Positions 47,373-59,653 of a stretch of DNA of 64,000 nucleotides are shown here, in pieces (position 1 is the first letter of the stretch; each line of letters starts with the position of its first letter). This DNA is from Macrostomum lignano (taxonomy: Eukaryota). A program made the translations under genes and the position numbers. Where the stretch lies: positions 62,001 to 126,000 of the forward strand of contig NIVC01001533.1 in NCBI GenBank assembly GCA_002269645.1. The letters are read 5' to 3'. The notes under the pieces were generated by a model that was not told the DNA's origin, did no database searches, and saw nothing but the letters and a program-made list of their open reading frames with translations.

Positions 47373-48732
47373 TCATCCTTGCAGAGCTTTGGCCAGAGTC
47401 TGCAGCTCATACTCGGCCGCCATCTCGATGAGTTCGGCCCGTCCGAAGTCGGCCGAGCCTCCGGCCAGGCAGTCGCACAGCAGCCGCTCAGCAGTGGCCA
47501 GCAGATGCGGCACCCGGAATCGAGACGCCAGGAGCAGCACCTGCTGCACATTGGTCGGCGTAACTCCGTACGTAGTTCCCGGATGCGTCAGCCTGGCCAG
47601 GAGAACCAGGTCCGAGTGGGCGGCGCCCTGAAGCACCAGTTCGCCAGAGTTGGCTGGCGCAGCCTCCAGCAAGTCGCGAATCGCCTCGGAGCAAAGTGCC
47701 ACGATCTGGGGCACGCAGTACACGGGCCTCGTGTCGGCGCCGCTGTCGCCAACAAGACGGAGCGTCGCCAGCGGCGACCACTGGACTGTGAAGTCGGGCA
47801 TAACGGCGCCCGTGGGCAGCTGCACTCGCGGCTGCTCTGATCGCCTCAACGCAGCAGCGGGAGGAGGAGCCACGGCTGCCTCGGCTGAGACCAGCTGCAC
47901 CATCAGGTACACGTGGTGGTGGCCGGTCTTGGCCGACAGTTTGCAGTTCATCTCCTCCAGGCGGTAGCTGGCCACCTGGTCCACAACGTGCAGCAGGTAC
48001 GGGCCCATCTCTTTTAGTTCGCCGCGAACATTCTGGTACACGACCTGTAATACATGACAGTACATTTGGAACTTTGATTGGTATCTACAGGTCATGGTTC
48101 TCATGCAAATTTCACAAAAGTACAGACTTTAAGATTCCTAAATATTTTAGGATTTTAAAAAAGCCTTTTATAAATTGGGGAGTATTCTGCGGTGTGTTAT
48201 AGTAAAAATAAGAATCTAGGTTTGTGGAGCCCAAGTTGGCATGACCTCTGTTGTTATTCAAGCGTACTTTGTGGATTCAAACCTTGCACAGTAAATGAGC
48301 AGCCCGCAGCAGCTCGCCGTTCAGCCGCAACACGAGATCGAAGTGCGTATGCGGCGACATGCTGATGGTGCAAGCCTCGTCAACGGCCCTCTGCGCCTGT
48401 ATGGACACGAACACGCCCTCCTGAGCCTTCTTCAGCGCCTGGGCAACTGCCGGATCCTCCACGCCATGCTGCGGCCTCGCCCCCGACGTGTCCGGGCTGG
48501 CTTTGGACAGCTGGTACTCCACAGACCGGCCGGTCCGGGGCACCAGCACCTTCACCTGCAGCGGGTTGAGCATGATGCCGCGTATCGGCCGGCTGATGAC
48601 GAACTTCACCGGCTTGCTGCTCGCCGCGCCGCTCCCACCCTGCGCAGACATCAGGGCGGAAATTCCGCCGCTGCGCGAATTGAAGGTTAACGTTGAAGAC
48701 GTCTGCTGCGTTGTTGTCGAGCCGCTGTTCAT
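47373..48732 (-). CDS. BTB/POZ-domain protein with an uncharacterised N-terminal domain (2 exons, ~373 aa)
   Basis: Exons 48732-48283 and 48044-47373 join in phase 0 (AAG|gtttga..tattacag|GTC). The C-terminus (IVALCSEAIRDLL..VTPTNVQQVLLLASRFRVPHLLATAERLL) matches the BTB pattern. Confidence 0.75.
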
Positions 48733-49409
48733 GTTGACTGCTTCCGAGCCTGCTATTCTAGTTAATACAGTCTTATATGCATTTAGCAGAGACGGAGTCG
48801 TGAGCGTGGACTAATTTGAGGTCTAGCACAATAAATGTCGAGTTGCAATGTACAACTGCTCTTTGCCCTTGCGTTACGCGGGCACCCAGATATAGGGACT
48901 TGGAGGAGTGGAATGGAACGAAAAGGTTTTACACTACAACCAGAGTTGCGCACTGCGTTTGTACACGCACACACGAAAATATGGGGCAGAGTTAGTGCAG
49001 TTGGCAAAACCTCAACCTCTCAAACTAAGTATCAGGGTCTGTTCTGGCAATGTACACAGGGAGTGGACAGCGCGGTGGGCCGTGCTGATCTACGTACACT
49101 TTTCAGCAAACAGGTGTGACTCTCTGGAAACTACTCGCTTCAAATTCTAACCCTCTCCATCGGCCCTAAAAGTTTTCTTAAAAAGCCAGCAAATATATCG
49201 TATATGTCTACTCGTACAGTAGTATATAAGGCAGACCAAGAGACACGAGAACACACTTTATGGGTCAGATTTTCAAGTCTTCTTTCGATATTCAAGTAGG
49301 GCGGCGCTCAAGGCCGCTTCACAATATCGCTAGTAGTTCCGCCGGTCAACATCGTCTAAATAAATTTAAAAAATGGGTCTGAAATAGCTATGAATTGATT
49401 TGAGCATTA

Positions 49410-49535
49410 TTTGGCAGTTGTGATAGTTGGAGTTTCCAGTTTTGTGCCAGATGGCAGTTTCCAGTTGTGATAGTTGGAGTTTCCAGTTGTGATAGTTGGG
49501 AGTTTCCATCTGTGCCAGATGGAGTTTCCAGTTGT
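49410..49535 (+). repeat. Short degenerate repeat (GTTTCCAGTTGTGATAGTTGGA)
   Basis: Direct inspection. Confidence 0.6.
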
Positions 49536-51148
49536 GCCAACAGGGCCATTGAAGCAGGACACTTCATTCCCACACGCTGTATTCTATACATATGCTCAGT
49601 ATATTACTATTAAGTAGTGCCATTTCAATACGCTTGTATAGGCAAACCGTGGTGGCATTAATGTAAAAAACTCCCACAGTGAATTAGTTTGTCTAAAGTG
49701 TATATCAGGCAGTGCCTCTTCAACGCCTATAGCTCAGTGCTCAGCGTGGCCCTTGTCCGTTGTTGAATCGTGAATTCAGGTGTTGAAGCTGTGTAGGCTG
49801 TGTAGGCACTCGTCGACAGTATCTCCCGGTGAATCGATTTGTTGAAATTCCATAATTTCCCTGGCGAGGACAACAATAGACTTGTTTCAATTCACTCTGT
49901 GTATTTGTCTCCGGAAATGTTTGTTTCAGAGCCTCTTCTTCAACAAGTGTTGGAGCAGATTTTTTCAACTAAAATCGACGCTGAGCAGAGCAGAGGGAGC
50001 TTTTAAAGCCATAGAAGTGACTGGAAGTGGATTTTTAGATTTGCGAAAAAAAATCGAACCTTTAGTTTTAGTTTGTCAGAGCTGTTTAATTGTTGGCCTC
50101 AAATGCCAATTACGTTCCTATAAATTTGGCTCAGGGGATTTTGAAGATAATTTAGTGTAAAAAAGATTATGAGTACGGGACGATACAGCAGTTTCTTGAA
50201 TAAATAAATTTTAGCAAGGACTTCGTGACGGAGACTGCGTTGTTGCGAGATTAATCGTAAGCGTTGTGAAAGTACTTTTGTTCTATTAACAAATTTGGCC
50301 GGGCCAGAACGGCCCATCCATCATGTGGAGTCTTGCCCCCCCCCTCATTATATTTAATTTATCCTTTTTCCACCTGGGCGGCACCCCATCTGCATGCAGC
50401 CCTGCAGCCTCAGCTGCTGCCGCAGAAGCTCTTGAACTCGCCCTGGGACCCTCTCTTGTCCACCATATTCCGCAGCTTTAGATAAAGCCACAACCCACGC
50501 AAAAATCCTTTTCTGTAATTCATCGGTTGCCCCTACGTCAAACAGAATACACCACCCACTCCAGACCTGCTCAGATGCTCTCCGTGCAGTCTATACCGGC
50601 TCCCAGCTGTTTGATTTGCTTTGGCAGATAAGCGGGAGTTTTATATGAAAAAATGCATGAATAAGGCTCTATTGTTTCCCTGAATTTACCTCAATCCCAT
50701 TTTTAACCCAAAGCACATCCTATCCCCACGGTAACCAAGCGCGCGATGATGGCTGCTGGCTCAACTCCCCTCCCCGCATGGCCTGGCCAATCGATGGGTC
50801 CAGGACTCCTGCCAATTAGAGTAGAGTGAACAAATATGCTCACCTGTGCGTACTAATTGCAATGCAAAGAGAGGGGGCAGGACAAAAATCTCTCAACCAC
50901 AATGCAGCGGTTCTGGGCAACAGAAGGCTTCGAGCTTGGTATGTCACTTATGAACGGTGGGTGAGTTTGTACTCTGGAGGGGGGTTGGGAGCTTGGGATT
51001 CCTCGGGGATTTGCAAGTGGCTGGCATTGTTGGTAGCAACCGAAATAAATATTGAAGGTTTTCCTCAGCGAAATAAAGGCAGCAACCGATGCGGTTTAGA
51101 TATTCTTTCTGGCTCGTTCTCCCGTCTCTGCTACCGCATTCTGATACG

Positions 51149-54100
51149 ATGCGTCTGCGCCACGGATCAGCCTTGGCTGTCTGCCTGCTGGCTGTCTGCA
51201 TATGTAAGACAAAGATTTTATTAACTAACATGTACCTGTACTCAGTTACACGCTTTTGCATAGTATCCGCCTCAATTGTGATAAGCCAGACAGTTACAAA
51301 CGACTTCCCAGAGTATCATCAAGAAAATTTTTATTGTCTTTAAGGACTTAAAGGGGATATCAACTTCCATGTCAGCAATTGATAAATTGCCGGACCAGTC
51401 GACTATAACCGCCGGGACGTTCTATCCAAGTCTCTTTCTTGTGCTCCGACGGCATCTATAATCGATTGTGTCCTGAAATCTGTCGATTGCAGTCGATTCT
51501 GTCCTGAGCTTTGCTTCGGCCTCCATTCCGACGCTTGAGTTAACACCCCCTTTGCTTCAGAAGGCAGAGCAGGTCAGCGGTAAAAACACGTCTGCATCTC
51601 GAGCTACGATCCCTGATTCGGATCAGACAGCGCCCACATTAGGTTGGCTTGTGCACAAAAATTGGCCAAACGGGGCCGTTGTCGTGCGATTCAAACCCAT
51701 GATGGCCACCCCCCAAAGGCCCACAGAGAGTGTACATGCCTAACGATTAGAAAGTCAAGCCCTCCTGCAATTATCAATTATTATTATTATTATTTCTCTT
51801 TGTTCTCGAATCATTTTCCAACCTAGCTTTGCTAGAATTTTCTACAACATCAAACTGAATATAATCCTTTTTTGGTTCCAGTTACAGTCGTTAACGGACA
51901 GTCGTGCGACTCCAATCCGTGCCTGAATTTCACCATCTGCAACGGCTACATAGAGACTGAGTGCACCAACGCCAACAACCGGCAGTACCGCGGCTACTGT
52001 TACTTCAACCGATTCTGCACCAGCTGTGAGCTTTAATTCTATTACTTTGTCAAGAAATCGGTCCATTTCGCAATGCTTAATACTCCTCAAGTATTAAGTT
52101 ATAAACTTTTAAATTACGAGTGAAACTCCTCCTTCGGAGAAGAGAGGGGAAGAACTTCTATCACCGGAATTCCATTCCCTGAAATCCATCAGTTGAAACT
52201 CCATGACTTGAATCCCATCTTCCAAATCATCTCCAAATCCTCTGTAAAGCCTTTTTGCTCTCCTCTTTGCCCTTTCATTTCTACAGTGTAGTCTCTTTCC
52301 TCTCGTACTCCTCAAGTATTAAGTTATAAACTTTTAAATTATTATAACGGATGTACCTCTTTACGTGAATTTTTTTAGAGGAAGTGGAGTTAATTTGAAA
52401 CGATTGTTGGATTCATTGTTTTTTTCAGATGCGGAAGTGGGAGGCGATCTTACCATCACCATCGAAGGAGCTTCACCTGCTGTGGTGAGCAAAATCCTTA
52501 TGTATTCTTGATTTCTTTGTAACTCATTTGCATATAGCTCGTAGCAAGCTTTATTCTTCTGAGGAACCAGAAGAATTTACAACATTTTAAACTACGAGTA
52601 TACTGGTATTTTTTTACTCGGCCTCAGATTCATCGGTACTACTCTGAAATCAAGAGATCGGTCATGGATGCGTACAACAGCTACTGCCGAACCGGGGACA
52701 ACTATAAACGCTGCTGTCCCGGTGCCATTCGCTGGTAAATAATTTACTGAAATGCTTCAATGATTGGGTCGCTACTAAACTAGTCAAAATGGTTTGATTT
52801 TCAGGCCCAACCAACAATCTGAAGCTAATAGCAAGTTTGCGATGGAGGCTCCGGAGACAGAGGTCAACATCCCGGCTTCCAAGGGGGCCGAACGATCCAC
52901 CATAATCATAATTAGACTGGTGCCGAGACAGAGCAGCACGCTGTGTAATTCAGTCGAGTATCCGGCCACGTCTACCGTTGCGGGACAAACCTCGCTATCT
53001 AGTAGCCAGTCGTCTGGAGCTTCGATGACTTCTGCAAGCCCGACACCTTCTGGAGCTTCGATGACTTCTGCAAGCCCGACACCCTCTGGAGCTTCGATGA
53101 CTTCTGCAAGCCCGACAACCCCTGGAGCTTCGATGACTTCTGCAAGCCCGACTACCTCTGGAGCTTCGATGACTTCTGCAAGCCCGACAACCTCTGGAGC
53201 TTCGATGACTTCTGCAAGCCCGACTACCTCTGGAGCTTCGATGACTTCTGCAAGCCCGACACCCTCTGGAGCTTCGATGACTTCTGCAAGCCCGACAACC
53301 TCTGGAGCTTCGATGACTTCTGCAAGCCCGACACCCTCTGGAGCTTCGATGACTTCTGCAAGCCCGACAACCTCTGGAGCTTCGATGACTTCTGCAAGCC
53401 CGACAACCTCTGGAGCTTCGATGACTTCTGCAAGCCCGACTACCTCTGGAGCTTCGATGACTTCTGCAAGCCCGACAACCTCTGGAGCTTCGATGACTTC
53501 TGCAAGCCTGACAACCTCTGGAGCTTCGATTACTTCTGCAAGCCCGACACCCTCTGGAGCTTCGATGACTTCTGCAAGCCCGACTACCTCTGGAGCTTCG
53601 ATGACTTCTGCAAGCCCGACAACCTCTGGAGCTTTGATTACTTCTGCAAGCCCGACACCCTCTGGAGCTTCGATGACTTCTGCAAGCCCGACACCCTCTG
53701 GAGCTTCGATGACTTCTGCAAGCCCGACAACCTCTGGAGCTTCGATGACTTCTGCAAGCCCGACTACCTCTGGAGCTTCGATGACTTCTGCAAGCCCGAC
53801 TACCTCTGGAGCTTCGATGACTTCTGCAAGCCTGACAACCTCTGGAGCTTCGATGACTTCTGAAAGCCCGGCTCCGTCGGGAAGCCCGGCTCCGTCGGGA
53901 AGCCCGGCTCCGTCGGGAAGCCCAGCTCCGTCGGGAAGCCTGGCTCCGTCGGGAAGCCCGCCTCCGTCGGGAAGCCCGCCTCCGTCGGGAAGCCCTCCTC
54001 CGTCGGGAAGCCCGCCTCCGTCGGGAAGCCCGCCTCCGTCGGGAAGCCCGCCTCCGTCGGGAAGCCCGCCTCCGTCGGGAAGCCCGCCTCCGTCGGGAAG

Positions 54101-54967
54101 CCCGCCTCCGTCGGGAAGCCCGCCTCCGTCGGGAAGCCCTCCTCCGTCGGGAAGCCCGCCTCCGTCGGGAAGCCCGCCTCCGTCGGGAAGCCCGCCTCCG
54201 TCGGGAAGCCCGCCTCCGTCGGGAAGCCCGCCTCCGTCGGGAAGCCCGCCTCCGTCGGGAAGCCCGCCTCCGTCGGGAAGCCCGCCTCCGTCGGGAAGCC
54301 CGCCTCCGTCGGGAAGCCCGCCTCCGTCGGGAAGCCCGCCTCCGTCGGGAAGCCCGCCTCCGTCGGGAAGCCCGCCTCCGTCGGGAAGCCCGCCTCCGTC
54401 GGGAAGCCCGCCTCCGTCGGGAAGCCCGCCTCCGTCGGGAAGCCCGCCTCCGTCGGGAAGCCCGCCTCCGTCGGGAAGCCCGCCTCCGTCGGGAAGCCCA
54501 CCTCCATCGGGAAGCCCACCTCCATCGGAAAGCCCGCCTCCACCGACTAGTTCTAGCAGCAGGCGCAGAAGACGCGAAGTGGATGATCTAGACAGCCTCA
54601 CCAATGAGAATGAGAACGAGTTCGATCTTTTGGAGCGTTCCAGGCGCTCCGTCGGTTCGATCATCGTCCTACCGGCCGACACGGTTAATGTTATCGCGAC
54701 ATCCGTTAGCTTAAATACGTAAGTCGCAGAAATTTGAGCCTACAGGCAGCAACCAAGAAATAATAAACTTTTATGGTAATAAACACTTTCAGCGTCATTC
54801 AACGGACTCTTAGCGCCAACAACGTGTCTGTGACTGTGACTGTGACTACGTTTGGCGCCTCAAGTCCAGGTTCCAGGCCCCAGTGCAGCTTCACCTTGAT
54901 CGGCCTCGCGACCGCTCTTTTTTTCGCCGTCATGTCTATCTCGGCGGACAAATTTCAACGCGTGTGA
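51149..54967 (+). CDS. Secreted or membrane-anchored mucin-like protein (6 exons, ~816 aa): signal peptide, EGF-like Cys module, Cys-containing globular region, two Ser/Thr/Pro repeat blocks, polybasic cleavage sites, C-terminal hydrophobic anchor
   Basis: Exons 51149-51203, 51882-52025, 52429-52484, 52628-52734, 52805-54718 and 54793-54967 all have GT-AG boundaries, matching phases and a total of 2451 nt. Product starts MRLRHGSALAVCLLAVCIFTVVNG|QSCDSNPCLN and ends FTLIGLATALFFAVMSISADKFQRV*. Confidence 0.85.
52081..52341. other. 189-bp insert flanked by a perfect 36-bp direct repeat, in intron 2 of the mucin-like gene
   Basis: TACTCCTCAAGTATTAAGTTATAAACTTTTAAATTA at 52081-52116 and 52306-52341. 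Confidence 0.8.
53012..54545 (+). repeat. Coding tandem repeats: 36-bp (GASMTSASPT[TP]S) x ~24, then 18-bp (SGSPPP/SGSPAP) x ~38
   Basis: In frame within exon 5; unit lengths are multiples of 3. Confidence 0.95.
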
Positions 54968-55542
54968 GCCTCTCAAGTCAGAGTTTTCACGTCTGGAGAT
55001 CGAAAGCCTTGCAAAGATTTTTAAAATCGAAATAATTTGCGGAATCTTCTGAAACGGCATACACTGAGAGCCCGGTTTGCTTTTATAGAGTTCAAATAGA
55101 GTTCCAACCAATTATTTTGACCAACCGTGCGCTAGCATAGTAAAAAATGGGTTCCTAGTCTCTCGATCGTGCCTTACACTCGTATTAAAGCAAAAACTAT
55201 TATATACAAGTCTTTTCTTGCTAAATCGTATCTATTAAAATTGATATTTTTATTAGAATCTGCATCCTGAGTTTTATAGGTTCACGTACAGTACAAATTG
55301 TTGAGCTGAATTTAATAATTTTTCAATCGGATTCGAATTCGAATCATGATATTTTGTATCAACGCGCTGCGCTCTAATAAAATATTTGCTTATATCAGAG
55401 CTTATCTCGCTTACTTAAACTATCTCGTCTATCTGCGCCCTATCTCACTTGAGTCCTGAAACCGGATCTAGATCGCATATCTTTTAATCGAGATAATTAA
55501 GTGGTTTTTTTGGAAATTGAGTTCTATGAAAACCGTTTTAAG

Positions 55543-58500
55543 CAGGGGCGTAGCGAGGGGGGTATCGGTGTATCGGCCGATACCCCCAAATTTCCAAAGC
55601 AAAAATTTTTTTATTTACTTTTTTTAGTTGCAAGTGACCGTTAAGGAAGAGAAAGGTATCCGAATCGATAGAATAACAATTAACAAACGAATAGAGTGAT
55701 TATATGTAATAGTATCATTAATAGCTTGTATGCATTAGAAATACATTAAGGCCTAAGGGGATGTGTGGATCTCAAGTCATTTCATTGCTTTCTTTGTACT
55801 CGTATAACTTGGTCCTTGGACAACTATCAACTATCAACTCATTCTCCCAACCGACCAACCGACTATTAAGGGGTGAGGGGGGTGAGTGGATAACCGAGGG
55901 GGTGGCCGGGTGGGACTGGGGCGTGGCCCGTGGGCAGTCTGCCAGCTGAGCCAGTGGAATCAGTGATGAACGATGGGGTGGGTTGCCTGGCCAGTTTTCG
56001 CTGCAAAATGCATTAGCTTCTGAATTGTTTGAAAGAAGTCTGTCTTGAATTAACTAGAAAATAAAATTCAGGGGCCAGGGGGTGAAGGGTATATTATGTA
56101 CAGAGGAGAGAACTAGAACTAGAAGGAAAGAAGGAGGAACTAAATAGGCATGTACATTAAGAAAGACTAAGATGAGCATCTACGTCTGCCTGCTGACCCC
56201 ACCATCCTGAGAAGACTATAAAAAGGGGAAGGAATAAGGAAAGAATTAACTATAACCTCGCCTCCTCCAAGCCGTTTATTCTAAGGCCGTAAAGCCGTTT
56301 ATTCTAAATCTAAGGCAGATTTTTTTATTTCTGGACTGCTACTAAAGTCTGCAAAAGAGTTCATGTGGAATTCAAAATGAGCAAGCGAAAATCTCATGGT
56401 CATGATATCCGCTCATTATTTGAGAACTTAAAGCGGTCCCGCCCTAACCCTGATCCTGCGCTACTGTCTACGCCTAGTTCTAGCACTACACAGCCAGATT
56501 CATCTATTGTGTCTTGTGACACTGCTACTGGCAGTTTGCCCAACTTGGCTACTCCGAATTCAGTTCCAACAGCTCCCGAGCAACAACTGCAAGCTACTAT
56601 TACTTCTTCAAGTCAGTTTGACGAGTCTGATCTCCAACATCAAGCAGATGAAGCAGCTGCTGAGACTGAGATCAATGTCAATGACATCGGCTATGCTGTT
56701 GAGCTTCGTCGCGATGGAAAGCTGGATACAGCTACTCGACTGCGATTCCTTAAGGACTGTTGGGTGCCCCCACAAGGGTACTCATTCTCGTTCACGCTTA
56801 AATCTGATAAGGGCAATGTCCACAAGCGCTACTTGTCTCACCAACATCTAACTGGTCGCAACGCATGCTTTGCGTATTCTGCTAAGCTCGGCGGCGTATT
56901 TTGCAAGTAAGTTAGAAGTTAATGTGAGTTTATTGATGTATTGCTAAATTGTACTCTTGACATCTGGATCTGGTCTTGAGGTACATGTATGGACCACAGA
57001 TAGTAGAACAACTCTAGTATCTAGTATCTAGTATCTAGTGTTCTAGTATCTGTGGTATGGACTTAATGCTCACTCCTACCATTCTAACCATTTCTTTCTC
57101 CTTTAGGTATTGCGTTCTATTTCTTCCGACCAACTTTGCCATCCATGGACAAACAGTCGATGCCTTTGTGGGAACTCCATGCACTAAGTTCGATGTCATC
57201 ACAACAAAGCTGAAGAAACATTTGCAATGTGACTACCACAGAAGTGACTCTGTGATCAAAGCCGATGCCCTGCTATCTGGAACGAATGTTGGCCACATGC
57301 TGGATGTCAGTGGCGCAAAGCTAGTGAAGGAAAATAGGGAAAGACTAAAACACGTAATTGAACCAATTGAATTTCTTGCTCGCTGTGGTCTGGCTTTTCG
57401 AGGACATCGTGACTGTGGACCTATAAAAGTTCATCCAGATGGAACTATTGACTATGATAAAGGGAACTTCGTCGCGCTTCTGCAGCTTCTCGCAAAACAT
57501 GATCCTATTCTACGTGAACACATTTGCACTGGACCATCAAATGCCAAATACACTTCCAGTGAATCACAGAATGAAATAATTCAGGCTCTGTCTGATGTTA
57601 TCACCCAAGATTTAGTAAAAAAAATCAACAAAGCAGGCTACTTTGCGCTGCTTGCAGATGAGACTACGGATTCTTCGCACAAAGAACAGATGTCCATCTA
57701 TGTTAGGTACCTCGACATCAGTGATGGAAGTGTAGCTATTCACGAAGAGTTCATATGCTTTGTTCACGTTGAAGATTTGACTGGTATCGGGCTTGCAACA
57801 AAGCTTCTCGAGACGCTCGATTCTCTCCATATTATAGCACAACTTGTTGCTCAAGGCTATGATGGAGCTTCAGCCATGTCTGGCAAGTTCAATGGCATTC
57901 AGGCAGTGATTCGCGAGCAGCTGGGAAGAAAACTAGCAATCTATGTGCACTGTGCTGCGCATAATCTAAACCTGTCCCTGCAGGATGCTTGTAAGCTAGA
58001 TTCAGTTCGTGCCGCTATTACTGCTGTTAATACAGTCACAGTCTTCATTCGTTCATCACCGCAAAGAACAGCTCTGCTTGAAAAAAAATCAAAGAGCTGG
58101 TTCCGGAGTCATCTGTGCATCAACTTCTACAGCACTGCAAGACCAGATGGGTTGAGAAGCAGGAGGCTTTCATCCGATTCAACCTGCTCTTCCCAGCAAT
58201 CATTGAAACTCTAGAGAAGATCAGCACATGGGGAGGAGAGGCAGGCAGCAATGCTCGAAACAACCTCAAACTTTTGCTAGACAGCGAATATGTTATTGCA
58301 GGCCACATCATCGATGCCGTTCTCACCATCACCAAGCCATTATCAGAGAAATTGCAGTGTGTAGATCTCGATCTTGTTGATTGTGTCAATGAAATTAAGG
58401 CTGTCATCGATGTTCTTCGAGATCTCCGCTCTGATGATGGCCATGTCCGTTATAATAAGATATTCGATTCTGCTGAGAAAGCACTCGGCGAGCCACTACA

Positions 58501-59653
58501 AAAGCCTCGAACCAGTGCCAGGTGTCGACAGAAGCATCGTGCCAACCCCGATGTCTCCACGGCACGTGATTACTTCCGCATAGCAATGTACAATCCATTC
58601 CTGGATGGGATAATTGCTACTCTTGAGGAGCGCTTCAGTTCTCATGCGCAGCTTGCATTCCAGATGGCACGACTGCTTCCTCAGAGTGTTGTTGACGAAA
58701 GTTTTGATAGCGTGAAGAAATCGATAGAAATTTACATCGGACAGTTACGAGGATTAAGCTTTGTGGACGACATCGAGGCTGAATTCTTGCTATGGAAAAA
58801 GCGCTGGCAGAATGTCGATCAAAAGGACAGACCGCGAAGTGTGCTCGAGATGTTGGTAAATTCAGCTGTTAGCCTCCAGAGCTTTCCTAACATCCGGCTT
58901 CTACTACAAGTTCTGGCGACGATTCCCGTCACCACTGCAACTGCTGAGCGATCATTCAGTCAGCTTCGTCCACTGAAGTCGTACCTACGTTCTACAATGG
59001 GACAGGAGCGACTGACAGGATTGGCCCAGCTTCTAATCCACAAGGACATGAAATTAAGCTGGACATTGATAAAGTTATCGATCAGTTCGTACAGAATGGG
59101 TCTCGTAGAATTGATCTGTAAGTACAAAGTTAAACTTTTAGACAGCAAGTTTTGATAGGCCTAGATTGAGTATGCGTAACATACATAACTAATCACAATA
59201 CGAGTAGAAGATTACATGTACATTAAATGTAATAATATAGGAACAAAAACCAAACTAATACAATAAGAGCTTGCGCATACTATTATATTCTCTATTAATC
59301 AAAATGCTATAAGTAAGCTATACTTAGTATTCTACATTTCTACTTCTTGTATTGTCCCATATGATGTAAATGTGAAATTTGCTCTTTGATATTGAATAAA
59401 TAAAATCAATATGGAAGGTTGGTCACTGCGTTATTTGCTTGGAAAAGTGTTGGTGATTTGATAGAAGTTGAAATAATTTCGTTTTTTCTTGCTTTACAAA
59501 TATGAATTACGAGTATATACGCATATACAAATATGTACACTAAAAGTTGTTTCATGAATTAAGCCAAGCCGGAAAAATGCACATGTAATGAGTGAAAGTA
59601 GACTGATAACAGCTAACCGATACCCCCAAAAAAAAATCCTGGCTACGCCCCTG
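55543..59653 (+). mobile_element. Full-length hAT DNA transposon (4111 bp)
   Basis: TIRs CAGGGGCGTAGC / GCTACGCCCCTG; perfect 8-bp TSD GTTTTAAG at 55535-55542 and 59654-59661; CCGATACCCCCAAA subterminal motif at both ends. Confidence 0.97.
56377..59121 (+). pseudogene. hAT transposase (ZMYM1/THAP12-like DDE plus dimerisation domain), 2 exons, two 1-nt frameshifts
   Basis: Exon 56377-56906, intron 56907-57106 (restores FCKYCVLF), then LLADETTD, QGYDGASAMSG, HCAAHNLNL, CKTRW and TATAERSFS. Frame is restored by +1 A at the A8 run (58081-58088) and at the A3 run (59051-59053), giving the end DIDKVIDQFVQNGSRRIDL*. Confidence 0.9.

Noticed and set aside
49600-50320. Short minus-strand ORFs of 72-75 aa
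   Set aside because: No recognisable domain and no consistent splice path.
52784-54682. 632-aa antisense LPDGGG/EVIEAPE ORF
   Set aside because: Mirror of the coding repeats; the + frame has the signal peptide and phase-consistent exons.
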